Part shown: positions 19,955 through 27,397 of the stretch, piece after piece
How the letters are laid out: each line of letters begins with the position of its first letter
Position numbering within the stretch: the stretch's first letter is position 1
IMG/VR virus record: IMGVR_UViG_3300032212_000096
Coordinates: 1-35,037 of that record
Origin: a virus
Lineage: Duplodnaviria; Caudoviricetes
Strand: one strand, 5' to 3'
DNA length: 35,037 nucleotides
Notes under the pieces: model-generated
What the model was told of the DNA's origin: nothing
Databases searched by the model: none
What the model saw: the letters and a program-made list of their open reading frames with translations, nothing else
Position numbers and translations under genes: made by a program

Positions 19955-20130
19955 TGTTCTTTCCCCTTGTTGTGTTGCATATCGTAGTTGTATGCTTTTA
20001 CGTACTCTTTCCACCCTAGCATCATAATCTCTGCTTGTTTTGGTCGGTCACGCTTCATATCGTGGTAGAACGTGGTTGACCTGCCTAAATATTCGTTTAG
20101 TGCTTTTTGTGTTGGTTTTAGTTTAGCCAT
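19951..20130 (-). CDS. 59-aa putative DNA-binding protein (MAKLKPTQK...)
   Basis: Non-repetitive part of ORF 19951..20304; its start overlaps the stop of the Gly-repeat ORF. Confidence 0.55.
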   Translation of the reverse strand: MAKLKPTQKALNEYLGRSTTFYHDMKRDRPKQAEIMMLGWKEYVKAYNYDMQHNKGKEQ

Positions 20131-20332
20131 CGCCATAGCCACCGCCACCGCCATCGCCATAGCCATAGCCATCGCCATCGCCATTGCCATCGCCATAGCC
20201 ACCGCCATCGCCATCGCCATAGCCACCGCCATTGCCATCGCCATAGCCACCGCCATCGCCATCGCCATTGCCATTGCCATCGCCATTGCCATTGCCACCG
20301 CCATATTCCATAGGCTTATTGAGCTTTGACAT
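20123..20332 (-). CDS. Gly-X (GD/GN/GY/GG) repeat protein
   Basis: About 29 GGC-NNN hexamer units; the usual downstream neighbour of DUF6948 genes. Confidence 0.65.
   Translation of the reverse strand: MSKLNKPMEYGGGNGNGDGNGNGDGDGGGYGDGNGGGYGDGDGGGYGDGNGDGDGYGYGDGGGGGYGDG
20126..20304. repeat. GC-rich hexamer tandem repeat (GCCATC/GCCATA/GCCATT/GCCACC)n
   Basis: Directly visible in the sequence. Confidence 0.95.
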
Positions 20333-20702
20333 TTTCTGCACTCTCCAATGACTCTATAGCATTTTCACTACAAGGTATAATTTCAATAGCTTCCAACCAA
20401 ACGCTTTTAACTGGTTCTACTATTTTTGATTTATCATGCTTTACACCATAAATAGCAACCGCACTAAGACTAATTGATTCTTTAGCCCACCATCTATACA
20501 TTCTTCTTGCATCTTTCAAGATTACTTCGTTACCTGATTTTTCAGATAATAAACCAAACCATACTCCTGCACTATAAGTACGGATAATGACTTTTTTATT
20601 TAGCATTGTGTTTAGTGTTACACTTCTGTTTTGATTATTATTTGAGCCAAATAAATTAGCTAACTCTTTTGCTTCACCGATTGTTAATTCATTGATATTC
20701 AT
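20316..20702 (-). CDS. DUF6948-family protein
   Basis: VIIRTYSAGVWFG.L.....EV.LKDARR...W....SLS.VA..G motif. Confidence 0.75.
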   Translation of the reverse strand: MNINELTIGEAKELANLFGSNNNQNRSVTLNTMLNKKVIIRTYSAGVWFGLLSEKSGNEVILKDARRMYRWWAKESISLSAVAIYGVKHDKSKIVEPVKSVWLEAIEIIPCSENAIESLESAENVKAQ

Positions 20703-20730
20703 TTCTGTTCCTTGTTTTTTTAATTGTTAA

Positions 20731-20758
20731 ATTATAGCATAAAATATGGAAGTTTCCA
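20731..20758 (-). promoter_or_regulatory. Extended -10 promoter TGCTATAAT (20731-20739) with an upstream palindrome TGGAA-GT-TTCCA (20747-20758)
   Basis: Consensus match in an intergenic gap. Confidence 0.6.
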
Positions 20759-20773
20759 AAAGAATTTATAAAT

Positions 20774-21109
20774 TTAGCGTTTACGTGGCTTATACTTCTT
20801 TAAAAACTTCTCATAACTCATAGAGCCTTTTAGCCTATTGCAAGTCCGACAAAGTAAGAGGGAATTTTTAAGTGTAGTTTTACCACCACGACTAAAAGGT
20901 TTTTTGTGGTCGGCTTCTGCTGAGTTTTTTCTACCTTTGTATGGTGATAGTTTTATTCTGCATTTAGGGTTCTCACAATACCCACCGCCTGACCTATCCC
21001 ACATGATATTGCGTTGTTCTGCTGAAAAATATCTACTGTGCTTCGGTTTACTCCATGCTGTTACTGCTAGGAGCAGGAGGATTAGTAGGGAGGAAAATAT
21101 TAAGTTCAT
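20774..21109 (-). CDS. HNH endonuclease with an N-terminal signal peptide/anchor
   Basis: DHKKPFSRGGKTTLKN...LCRTCN..KG; hydrophobic N-terminus MNLIFSSLLILLLLAVTAWS. Confidence 0.8.
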   Translation of the reverse strand: MNLIFSSLLILLLLAVTAWSKPKHSRYFSAEQRNIMWDRSGGGYCENPKCRIKLSPYKGRKNSAEADHKKPFSRGGKTTLKNSLLLCRTCNRLKGSMSYEKFLKKYKPRKR

Positions 21110-21129
21110 GGTTTACCTTTTTGGTGGTG

Positions 21130-21987
21130 TTAGTCAAAAAGACCTTTTTGATAAATCATATCTTCAAGAGATGGAGATTCGTAATCAGATAGTACGCTTC
21201 CGCACTCTTCTGCACATTCATCTATATCTACTAAGTTATCAGGTAGCTTTAGATTGTGTTTAACTTCGTGTGCTGTTCTGTACCCTCTGAACATCACCCT
21301 CTCGTCACCCTCTTGTTTAGATTTTACTATTTTATATTTGTTTTCCATCTCAATAAAATCGTTGAAATAGTCTGGGTTTTCATCTGCTATCATCTTTAGT
21401 TTTTTATCTGACTTTTTATAACACGTTACACAATTACCATAATGTTCTTCTATTTCAAGGTCAAATGGCATTTTAGACCACCATTTTAAAATCTCTTGTT
21501 TTGTGGTTTTTGTTATTGTGGCTAAAGGGTATATTATACTAGGATCATTTTTAACTCGTCTAAACTCATCATGTCTTATCCCTAATGCCTTTCTGTGTTT
21601 TTTACCTAATAAATTATTCCCGTATTTGTTCATAGGAATAATTTTTAATTCCCTAGTGCAATGTATAAATGTTCCATTAGGAAGTCCATATACTTCTGCC
21701 ATATCCATAAATAGTTTATTTCCTCTTGTTGCTGTGGAATAATCAACAATCTCATATTCTGTTCCTTTCCCTCGCTGTTTATTTATCTTTGCTTCGATCC
21801 AAACTAAATTTAATTCAAAATACTTATCGCACTTATCCACAAACTCTAAAGTTTTTTCATGCTCTAAACCAGTATTAGCATAAACAAAATGCAAGTTGTA
21901 TAGATGGCTCATGTTATCTATCAACCATTTACTCATATAAGCTGATGTTCTACCACCACTAAATGCCACTATAATATCTTCTTTCAT
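21130..21987 (-). CDS. PAPS-reductase-like PP-loop protein (phage type, Cys-rich)
   Basis: FSGGRTS PP-loop, ANTGLEH, CTRELK, GIRHDE, GNCVTCYKK. Confidence 0.85.
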   Translation of the reverse strand: MKEDIIVAFSGGRTSAYMSKWLIDNMSHLYNLHFVYANTGLEHEKTLEFVDKCDKYFELNLVWIEAKINKQRGKGTEYEIVDYSTATRGNKLFMDMAEVYGLPNGTFIHCTRELKIIPMNKYGNNLLGKKHRKALGIRHDEFRRVKNDPSIIYPLATITKTTKQEILKWWSKMPFDLEIEEHYGNCVTCYKKSDKKLKMIADENPDYFNDFIEMENKYKIVKSKQEGDERVMFRGYRTAHEVKHNLKLPDNLVDIDECAEECGSVLSDYESPSLEDMIYQKGLFD

Positions 21988-21988
21988 C

Positions 21989-22234
21989 TCACTCTCCTAT
22001 AAAATCAGTCATACGCTGTCTATGCTTTTTCTTTTTCTCAATCAACTCGTTACGCTCTTGAAAAATCATTAAGTCGTTATCGTTAAAATTATCACGCTCT
22101 AAGATATGCTCGGCTTTCGTTTCCTCTAAACAAGCGATTTCGCCATCAAGGGTTTTAATGATGTCCTCTGCTGTTAAGCCAGTATGTCTTAGGTAGCGGT
22201 GTAGTGTTCCGTATATTTGTTGGGTTTTGTTCAT
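21989..22234 (-). CDS. Hypothetical protein
   Basis: ORF with AGGAGG RBS. Confidence 0.55.
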   Translation of the reverse strand: MNKTQQIYGTLHRYLRHTGLTAEDIIKTLDGEIACLEETKAEHILERDNFNDNDLMIFQERNELIEKKKKHRQRMTDFIGE

Positions 22235-22362
22235 CTCCCACCTCCTGAAAATTCAATAGGCTCATCTTTAGAGCGTTTCGGCTTTGCTTTTTTATTTGCA
22301 AATACAATTATAAAAATCGGATAGCAGCATAAAAACAAAATAATATAACTTGCTGAGTTCAT
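22231..22362 (-). CDS. 43-aa single-TM protein (not in ORF track)
   Basis: MNSASYIILFLCCYPIFIIVFANKK...; fills the gap with start/stop overlaps at both ends. Confidence 0.5.
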   Translation of the reverse strand: MNSASYIILFLCCYPIFIIVFANKKAKPKRSKDEPIEFSGGGR

Positions 22363-22790
22363 CACTTAACCTTTAATAAATATGGTGCAAAAGCAAAAGC
22401 TAAACGATTACCCTCTTTAAGTTCGTCTACTGTTATATTGCTTTGGTCTATGATTTCATTGTAAAGAGTATCTATATCATGCTCGTTTATTGAAAAACCG
22501 CTTGTTTTGTTTAATAATGCTCGGTGATCGTGCAGGATACTTAACCCTACTAAGGTCGGGCTGTAGCTTTCGGCTTCAACTTCATTAACGATTCTCTGAA
22601 CGATTGAGTAACTAAATCTTGCTTGTTGCTTATAGATTCTGCCTTTAATGGCTAAAGTCATGTGCAGCTTATTATGGATTGTTTCAAGTTTGGTTTTCGA
22701 TTTGCCTTTGAAGGATTCTCCATCTTTATCTATAAGAGATTTAGCCATCATGTAAATGTTTAAGGCTTTTTGTAAGTCATATTTTTTCAT
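22362..22790 (-). CDS. Hypothetical protein
   Basis: Probable start MKKYDL. Confidence 0.55.
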   Translation of the reverse strand: MKKYDLQKALNIYMMAKSLIDKDGESFKGKSKTKLETIHNKLHMTLAIKGRIYKQQARFSYSIVQRIVNEVEAESYSPTLVGLSILHDHRALLNKTSGFSINEHDIDTLYNEIIDQSNITVDELKEGNRLAFAFAPYLLKVK

Positions 22791-22877
22791 CTTATGCTCC
22801 ACAACTAAATAAATTAAATGTCAAGCTAGTCAATACTGCTGTAGCAAGTATGATAAGAAAATCAAGTTTAGTTAAGT

Positions 22878-23246
22878 TCATAATGTTTCCTTGTATTCTA
22901 AGTATAGTTTTAAGGCATAAGCCCGTTGCTTTTTAACAGGATATACTTCTCTGAATTGACTTGGTGTACCATGAGCTGAAAGCATCTTACCTAGCCGATG
23001 ACATTCTATCCCGCAAAGAGGTAACACTTCTCTATCATTCTTGGCATCTGTTGAGGCTTCTTTGATGTGGTGTAGCTCGATTCCGTTTTGTCTGCCACAA
23101 GAAAAGCATACTGGTTGCTTAACGTCATGTAGCCACGTCATAAAAGGCTTATCACTAAGCCCTTTAGGTTTTACCCTGTCTTTGTTCTTTTGTGACTTCT
23201 TGGGCTTTATTCGGTTACTTTTGAGTTGATCTGCTTTTGTGTACAT
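22878..23246 (-). CDS. Ref/DUF968-like HNH nuclease
   Basis: CFSCG....ELHH...LPLC..CHR.G..SAH pattern. Confidence 0.7.
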   Translation of the reverse strand: MYTKADQLKSNRIKPKKSQKNKDRVKPKGLSDKPFMTWLHDVKQPVCFSCGRQNGIELHHIKEASTDAKNDREVLPLCGIECHRLGKMLSAHGTPSQFREVYPVKKQRAYALKLYLEYKETL

Positions 23247-23247
23247 T

Positions 23248-23637
23248 TTAAAACCCCTCAATCTTAGCAATTCTCAAAAAAGCATCACTAAAGCAATCAT
23301 AAATAAAATCAGTACAATCAATGTCAAAATCTGAAGCATTAAAAATAGTTTTGATTTCGTCAACTTCTCCTGATGCTTGGTATTTTAGTTCTTGAAACAT
23401 TGTTGCATAAATAATGCGAGTGTCTAAAGGCTCTTTATCCATTTCAAGGAATACAGGCATTAAAGCGTTGTAGGCTTCGTTGATTAATTTTAGTTTGTCG
23501 ATATGTAAAACACAATCGTTTTCTAAGCATTGCTGCTCATACTCTTGTTGTGCTTCGGCTTTGTCTTGTTCGTCTAAATATCTATCAAGTGCTGCTAGGT
23601 TTCCATCGCCATTCATAGCGTGTTCTCTGCTACCCAT
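23248..23637 (-). CDS. Hypothetical acidic protein
   Basis: Probable start MGSREH with a GAAAGG RBS. Confidence 0.6.
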   Translation of the reverse strand: MGSREHAMNGDGNLAALDRYLDEQDKAEAQQEYEQQCLENDCVLHIDKLKLINEAYNALMPVFLEMDKEPLDTRIIYATMFQELKYQASGEVDEIKTIFNASDFDIDCTDFIYDCFSDAFLRIAKIEGF

Positions 23638-23638
23638 C

Positions 23639-23710
23639 TTAAAAAACCTTTCGTGCAAAATCTTCGCACCATTTTTCTATATTGTTTAGTAGTTCATTAA
23701 TTGCTTTCAT
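23639..23710 (-). CDS. 23-aa leader peptide MKAINELLNNIEKWCEDFARKVF (not in ORF track)
   Basis: Strong AGGAGG RBS; the stop is 1 nt before the next ATG. Confidence 0.6.
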   Translation of the reverse strand: MKAINELLNNIEKWCEDFARKVF

Positions 23711-23714
23711 CTTC

Positions 23715-23728
23715 AACCTCCTACGGTT
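23715..23728 (-). promoter_or_regulatory. RBS hairpin AACC-GTAGGA-GGTT
   Basis: One of four related RBS hairpins. Confidence 0.6.
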
Positions 23729-23848
23729 TGTTACCCAAATGATAACGTGTTATACCTTTAGTTTTCCTTTAGTCACTTTAAAAGCTTTTTATCATTGATA
23801 GATAAAGCCATACCCTCAACTGTTGCAATATTGATCTGCTCCATAAAT

Positions 23849-24868
23849 CTAATAATCTTCATCAATCATATCAAAAACATTAGCACCTACTGGTAATTGA
23901 TTACTTCTGTCTATCTTATGTTTTTGTATCCACTCAAGCTTAACAGTTTGCCATTCATTATTTTTCATTGTATCAATAGCATAATTAATATCTATGTTAG
24001 CTGTTTGTATCTCCAAGAGTTGATTAGTAAAAGCTTTTAATGCTCTTGCTGTTTTAATTGGCTTTTTAAGTTCTTTTCTATAAGCAATAAAATCATTTAA
24101 AAGAGATTCACTAAATGATGTTTCAAGAGAAAGACTTTTTATCTCTAACTTATCCTCAACTAAACTAACCTTACCTACCCTATCCTTACCTACCCTATGC
24201 TGTCCTCGTGCTGTCCTCGTGCTGTCCTCACTAAACTCTTTCCATTTTTTCTTTACCTCAATGTTATTTAAAGTGCTTGTTTCTTTGTTTTTTATAGACA
24301 TATTGCAAGACAAGCATATTACTGATATGTTGTCTAAATCGTGCTTACCGCCTTTAGATAGGGGCTTATTGTGTTGAACTGATGGCTTAGTATTTGTTCC
24401 TTGCACCATTTCAATAGAGCATACTGGACAGTATTCGCCATGGAATAAACTTCTTATAGTTCCCATGAATTTATCAGGTAAACTACTTTCTTTATATAGC
24501 TTATTTCTTATTTCATTGTCTTTTCTACTTTTAGGTTCTAATAGCTCTATTTCAGGTACAACTTCTAAAAGTAAATCTTTATATATACTATCTATTTTTC
24601 TATCAGCTCTGATAAGATTATGTTCATTCCAATCTATAATATGAGTTACTAAATCATCGTTTAATACTCTAACAAAGTCTTTGGCTACAAGTATCTTTAA
24701 GCTATCCTCTGTTGCTCCTAATAGCCTCATAATAGTAAATGCTTCTACTACTCCATCATCATCTGCACTCATTCCTAGATGGAAATATAAAGCTTGTGTT
24801 TCGCTAGGCATTTTTAAGAACCTAGCACTTTCTGTTATTTTTTTTGAAAACATTCTACGATTTGCCAT
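23849..24868 (-). CDS. Phage replication initiator (replisome-organiser N-terminus) with an internal HNH-like domain
   Basis: MANRRMFSK...QALYFHLGMSADDDG; CPVC...HNKPLSKGGKH...N...ICLSCN; internal repeats. Confidence 0.85.
   Translation of the reverse strand: MANRRMFSKKITESARFLKMPSETQALYFHLGMSADDDGVVEAFTIMRLLGATEDSLKILVAKDFVRVLNDDLVTHIIDWNEHNLIRADRKIDSIYKDLLLEVVPEIELLEPKSRKDNEIRNKLYKESSLPDKFMGTIRSLFHGEYCPVCSIEMVQGTNTKPSVQHNKPLSKGGKHDLDNISVICLSCNMSIKNKETSTLNNIEVKKKWKEFSEDSTRTARGQHRVGKDRVGKVSLVEDKLEIKSLSLETSFSESLLNDFIAYRKELKKPIKTARALKAFTNQLLEIQTANIDINYAIDTMKNNEWQTVKLEWIQKHKIDRSNQLPVGANVFDMIDEDY
24169..24230. repeat. Iteron-like repeats, probable replication origin
   Basis: 2x CCTTACCTACCCTAT (24169-24198) and 3x TGCTGTCCTCR (24198-24230) inside the initiator gene. 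Confidence 0.7.
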
Positions 24869-24870
24869 AA

Positions 24871-26097
24871 TTACACCTCAAAAATATTAGGAATTTTACC
24901 ATCTTCAAGCTTTCTTTTTTTAAGCTCTAGGTATTTTTTGTAGGCATCTGTCTTGTGTTGAGTGAAGCTAAGACCTTTCATCCAGTAATCATTTCTTAAT
25001 AATGATTTACAGACCCTTCTCCAAGATGGAACTTTCTTAGCTGTTTCTAGTTTCCCATCGGCTTCATCAGGTATGCCATCAGGGTAGCCTCTTTTCATCC
25101 ACCAATCAATAAATGTTACTATCTTTACTTTGTAATGTTCTTTTGTTTGTGGAGGCATTGACTCAATAAGTATTCTAGAAAAGCTTTCCCAAGTGTGACC
25201 TTTAGGTTTGGTTATTTTGTTGTATCCGTTTATATTTCCGCTTTCTTGAACATATAAAGCACCGCTGTTCGCACCGCTTACTCTTGCAACAATTTTAGCC
25301 CACGAATTAGGCTCTATAAGATGGAACAACCATAGTCCTCTACGTTGATCATCTCCATATGGTTGGCATATCCTTTGCTGATGTATTGTTAACCCTGCTT
25401 TATGCATAAACTCATACAATTCATTGTATCTTTTATCGGGGTTTTTAGCGTGGTAAACCCAAATATCTTCTGTTCTCCAGTCATAAATAGGATACACATT
25501 AAAGACGTTATCAGTAACTTTTGTAGTGTATTGTTTATTTTGTTTGGTTATCTTTGTTTTACTTGCAATAGTTCTCCATCGATTGAGGCTTTCATCGGTT
25601 CTAATACCCACTAAACACGCTGTACTTTTTCCTTGTGAAAACCATTCACCAAACTTAGGCACAAAATCTTCGAACTCCATATTTTTAACAAAGAAATCAA
25701 AGAAGTTTTCATCATGTATATAATTGCCCTCTAATGGTCTAATCCAATCATCTTTCTTATCATCGTCCCAACAAGTCCATTGTGGCTCATATACACTTAC
25801 AGCATTTCTAAGACTAATAGGTAGAGCCACCCAATAAACTTCCAATACATCTTCGTACTCTTTTAGCATTTCATTAGCGTGTTCAATAGTCATTTTATAT
25901 TGACCTTCTAGATCAACAAGTAATAAACCTATCTTTATGCCTCTTTTCCTTGCTTCTAATGCTGTTAAATGTAGCATTACTGTACTATCTTTTCCTGCAC
26001 TAAAACTAAGATAGACTCTTTCAAAATTATCAAAAGTCCACTCTACTCTTTCTTGTGCAGCTTCTAAAACATTTTTACCTAATCCTAACTTGCCCAT
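24871..26097 (-). CDS. ibrA: IbrA/YbdN-like PAPS-reductase + DUF3440 protein
   Basis: SFSAGKDS, DLEGQY, VGIRTDESLNR, YPIYDW, QRICQPYGDDQR, PSWRRVCKSLLRNDYW. Confidence 0.88.
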   Translation of the reverse strand: MGKLGLGKNVLEAAQERVEWTFDNFERVYLSFSAGKDSTVMLHLTALEARKRGIKIGLLLVDLEGQYKMTIEHANEMLKEYEDVLEVYWVALPISLRNAVSVYEPQWTCWDDDKKDDWIRPLEGNYIHDENFFDFFVKNMEFEDFVPKFGEWFSQGKSTACLVGIRTDESLNRWRTIASKTKITKQNKQYTTKVTDNVFNVYPIYDWRTEDIWVYHAKNPDKRYNELYEFMHKAGLTIHQQRICQPYGDDQRRGLWLFHLIEPNSWAKIVARVSGANSGALYVQESGNINGYNKITKPKGHTWESFSRILIESMPPQTKEHYKVKIVTFIDWWMKRGYPDGIPDEADGKLETAKKVPSWRRVCKSLLRNDYWMKGLSFTQHKTDAYKKYLELKKRKLEDGKIPNIFEV

Positions 26098-26477
26098 AGT
26101 GAACCCTTTAAAATATATTTTTCTCTCCAAATTCTAAGCACTTCTCTTGCTACACTATCCGCTTTATTTCTTTTTTCTTCAGGTATTTCCCACCATGCTT
26201 TTTTAGTTAGCTCTGATGGTGAACCATGATTGAAACAGCATGAAGCTTGACCTATGTAAGCAATCTTATTAACACTTGGGTCTGTAAGGTTATGTTCACA
26301 TGAATATTCCCAAGATTCTATCATTTGTAATGCAACTTCTCTAAATTGCTTTTCATCTCCTAGTAGTTCTTTTGACATCTCATGTTTGAATTGGTAATCT
26401 TCAAAATCATATCCATAGAAACCTGCTGCATAATCTTCCCATTTTGAATAGTGATGAAATACTTGATTAATCTTCAT
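26085..26477 (-). CDS. Hypothetical protein between ibrB and ibrA
   Basis: Probable start MKINQVFHH; WED..AGFY, W.YSCEHNLT and N.IAYIGQA.CC; overlaps both neighbours. Confidence 0.7.
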   Translation of the reverse strand: MKINQVFHHYSKWEDYAAGFYGYDFEDYQFKHEMSKELLGDEKQFREVALQMIESWEYSCEHNLTDPSVNKIAYIGQASCCFNHGSPSELTKKAWWEIPEEKRNKADSVAREVLRIWREKYILKGSLWAS

Positions 26478-27117
26478 TTGAATCGTCCACCTTCCAAGCT
26501 TCAGTAAACTCTGTATTTGCAAAAGCTTCCATTAACCCTTTAAGTTGAGATAGTCTTAATACCTCATCTTGATCCATTCCTAACTCTTTGGCAATCTTTT
26601 TGTCAGACCAGTTACGCTTATGTAAGTCCATAACAATATCGCTCATGGCTTCTACGCTATGTTTACCTCTTGCTCTATTGTGTCTAATAGTTGATGCAAC
26701 CCTATCATTTATGGCATTTCTATCTTCTTTGATTGATACAATAGGCAAATAACCTTTAATGCGTTCTTGAATATCAGGCATCTCTTTGCCTACTCTATGA
26801 CGGTGAAAACCATCAATTACTTCATGTCCATAATCTTGTTTCCAACCAACAATAGGCTGAGTGTATCCGTCCATATTAATTGAATGTCTTAATAGTTCCA
26901 TTTCGGGAGTTGCAACACTATTGGGGTTATAATCATTTGCTCTTACTGTATCGTTCTTAACCCACTTCACAAAATCTACAGGTTCACTTTTAAATGGTGA
27001 AACTTCATGTAATTTTTCTCTAAAAGCATTAATCGCTTCAACTTTATCTTCAAGTTCCATTTTTTCGATTTTCTTGATAACTAAATCAATATCAATAGAC
27101 ATTTTTTTATCTAACAT
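26467..27117 (-). CDS. ibrB: IbrB/YbdM-like ParB/Srx-domain protein
   Basis: ANDYNPN, DGYTQPIV, IDGFHR, STIRHNRARGKH, and a C-terminal HTH. Confidence 0.9.
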   Translation of the reverse strand: MLDKKMSIDIDLVIKKIEKMELEDKVEAINAFREKLHEVSPFKSEPVDFVKWVKNDTVRANDYNPNSVATPEMELLRHSINMDGYTQPIVGWKQDYGHEVIDGFHRHRVGKEMPDIQERIKGYLPIVSIKEDRNAINDRVASTIRHNRARGKHSVEAMSDIVMDLHKRNWSDKKIAKELGMDQDEVLRLSQLKGLMEAFANTEFTEAWKVDDSNED

Positions 27118-27144
27118 AATAATCTTTCAGACAATAATAAAATT

Positions 27145-27252
27145 TAGGGGAGTTTTTGTGCAAGTTGCCCGACTTCACAAACTCAACAAAGCCCTATGTA
27201 AAGCCAAGGTTTGTAGGTGTCGGGCAGACCCTTGCTTACTTGACTTTACATA
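27145..27252 (-). ncRNA. Candidate cis-acting leader RNA: two hairpins with complementary loops
   Basis: 14-bp stem TATGTAAAGTCAAG/CTTGGCTTTACATA enclosing TGCCCGAC; second hairpin GAGTTTGTGAAGT-CGGGCA-ACTTGCACAAAAACTC. Confidence 0.55.
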
Positions 27253-27263
27253 ACGCTTATTTA

Positions 27264-27359
27264 AAGACCACCCACCCTTGTAGGTGAGCAAGTACGTTCA
27301 TAGGAGGTTAACGTTAGGGTAGCTAGTACACGATGAAAGGGTCGTGGCTATGAAACCTT
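27264..27359 (-). ncRNA. Candidate cloverleaf small RNA with anti-SD loops
   Basis: Three hairpins (loops CCCUUUCA, AACCUCCUAUG, UACAAG) closed by AAGGUU/GGUCUU. The G-U pairs work only on the minus strand. Starts 7 nt downstream of a TATAAT. Confidence 0.55.
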
Positions 27360-27365
27360 GATGTT

Positions 27366-27371
27366 ATTATA
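27366..27371 (-). promoter_or_regulatory. -10 box TATAAT for the sRNA / ibr-rep operon
   Basis: GGTATAAT just downstream of the ssb stop. Confidence 0.6.
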
Positions 27372-27397
27372 CCTATGTTTTAAAGGTTTTACAAGGG

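Noticed and set aside
20126-20304. Repeat as a CRISPR array
   Set aside because: It is a degenerate 6-bp tandem repeat with no unique spacers and no cas genes.
20072-20329. (IA)n plus-strand ORF and the (MA)n N-terminus of ORF 19951..20304
   Set aside because: Both are alternative frames of the stop-free hexamer repeat. The Gly-X frame and a start at 20130 fit gene packing better.
21988-22010. ATAGGA at the RBS of gene 21987 (and of gene 6151) as further members of the hairpin family
   Set aside because: The flanks form no convincing stem and pairing to the sRNA is short.
26467-27117. ParB as a plasmid-partition gene
   Set aside because: Its motifs match the IbrB/YbdM subfamily, and there is no ParA ATPase in the genome.
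27264-27359. Cloverleaf as a tRNA
   Set aside because: There is no TTC-containing T-loop, D-loop GG, 7-nt anticodon loop or CCA end in the proper register.
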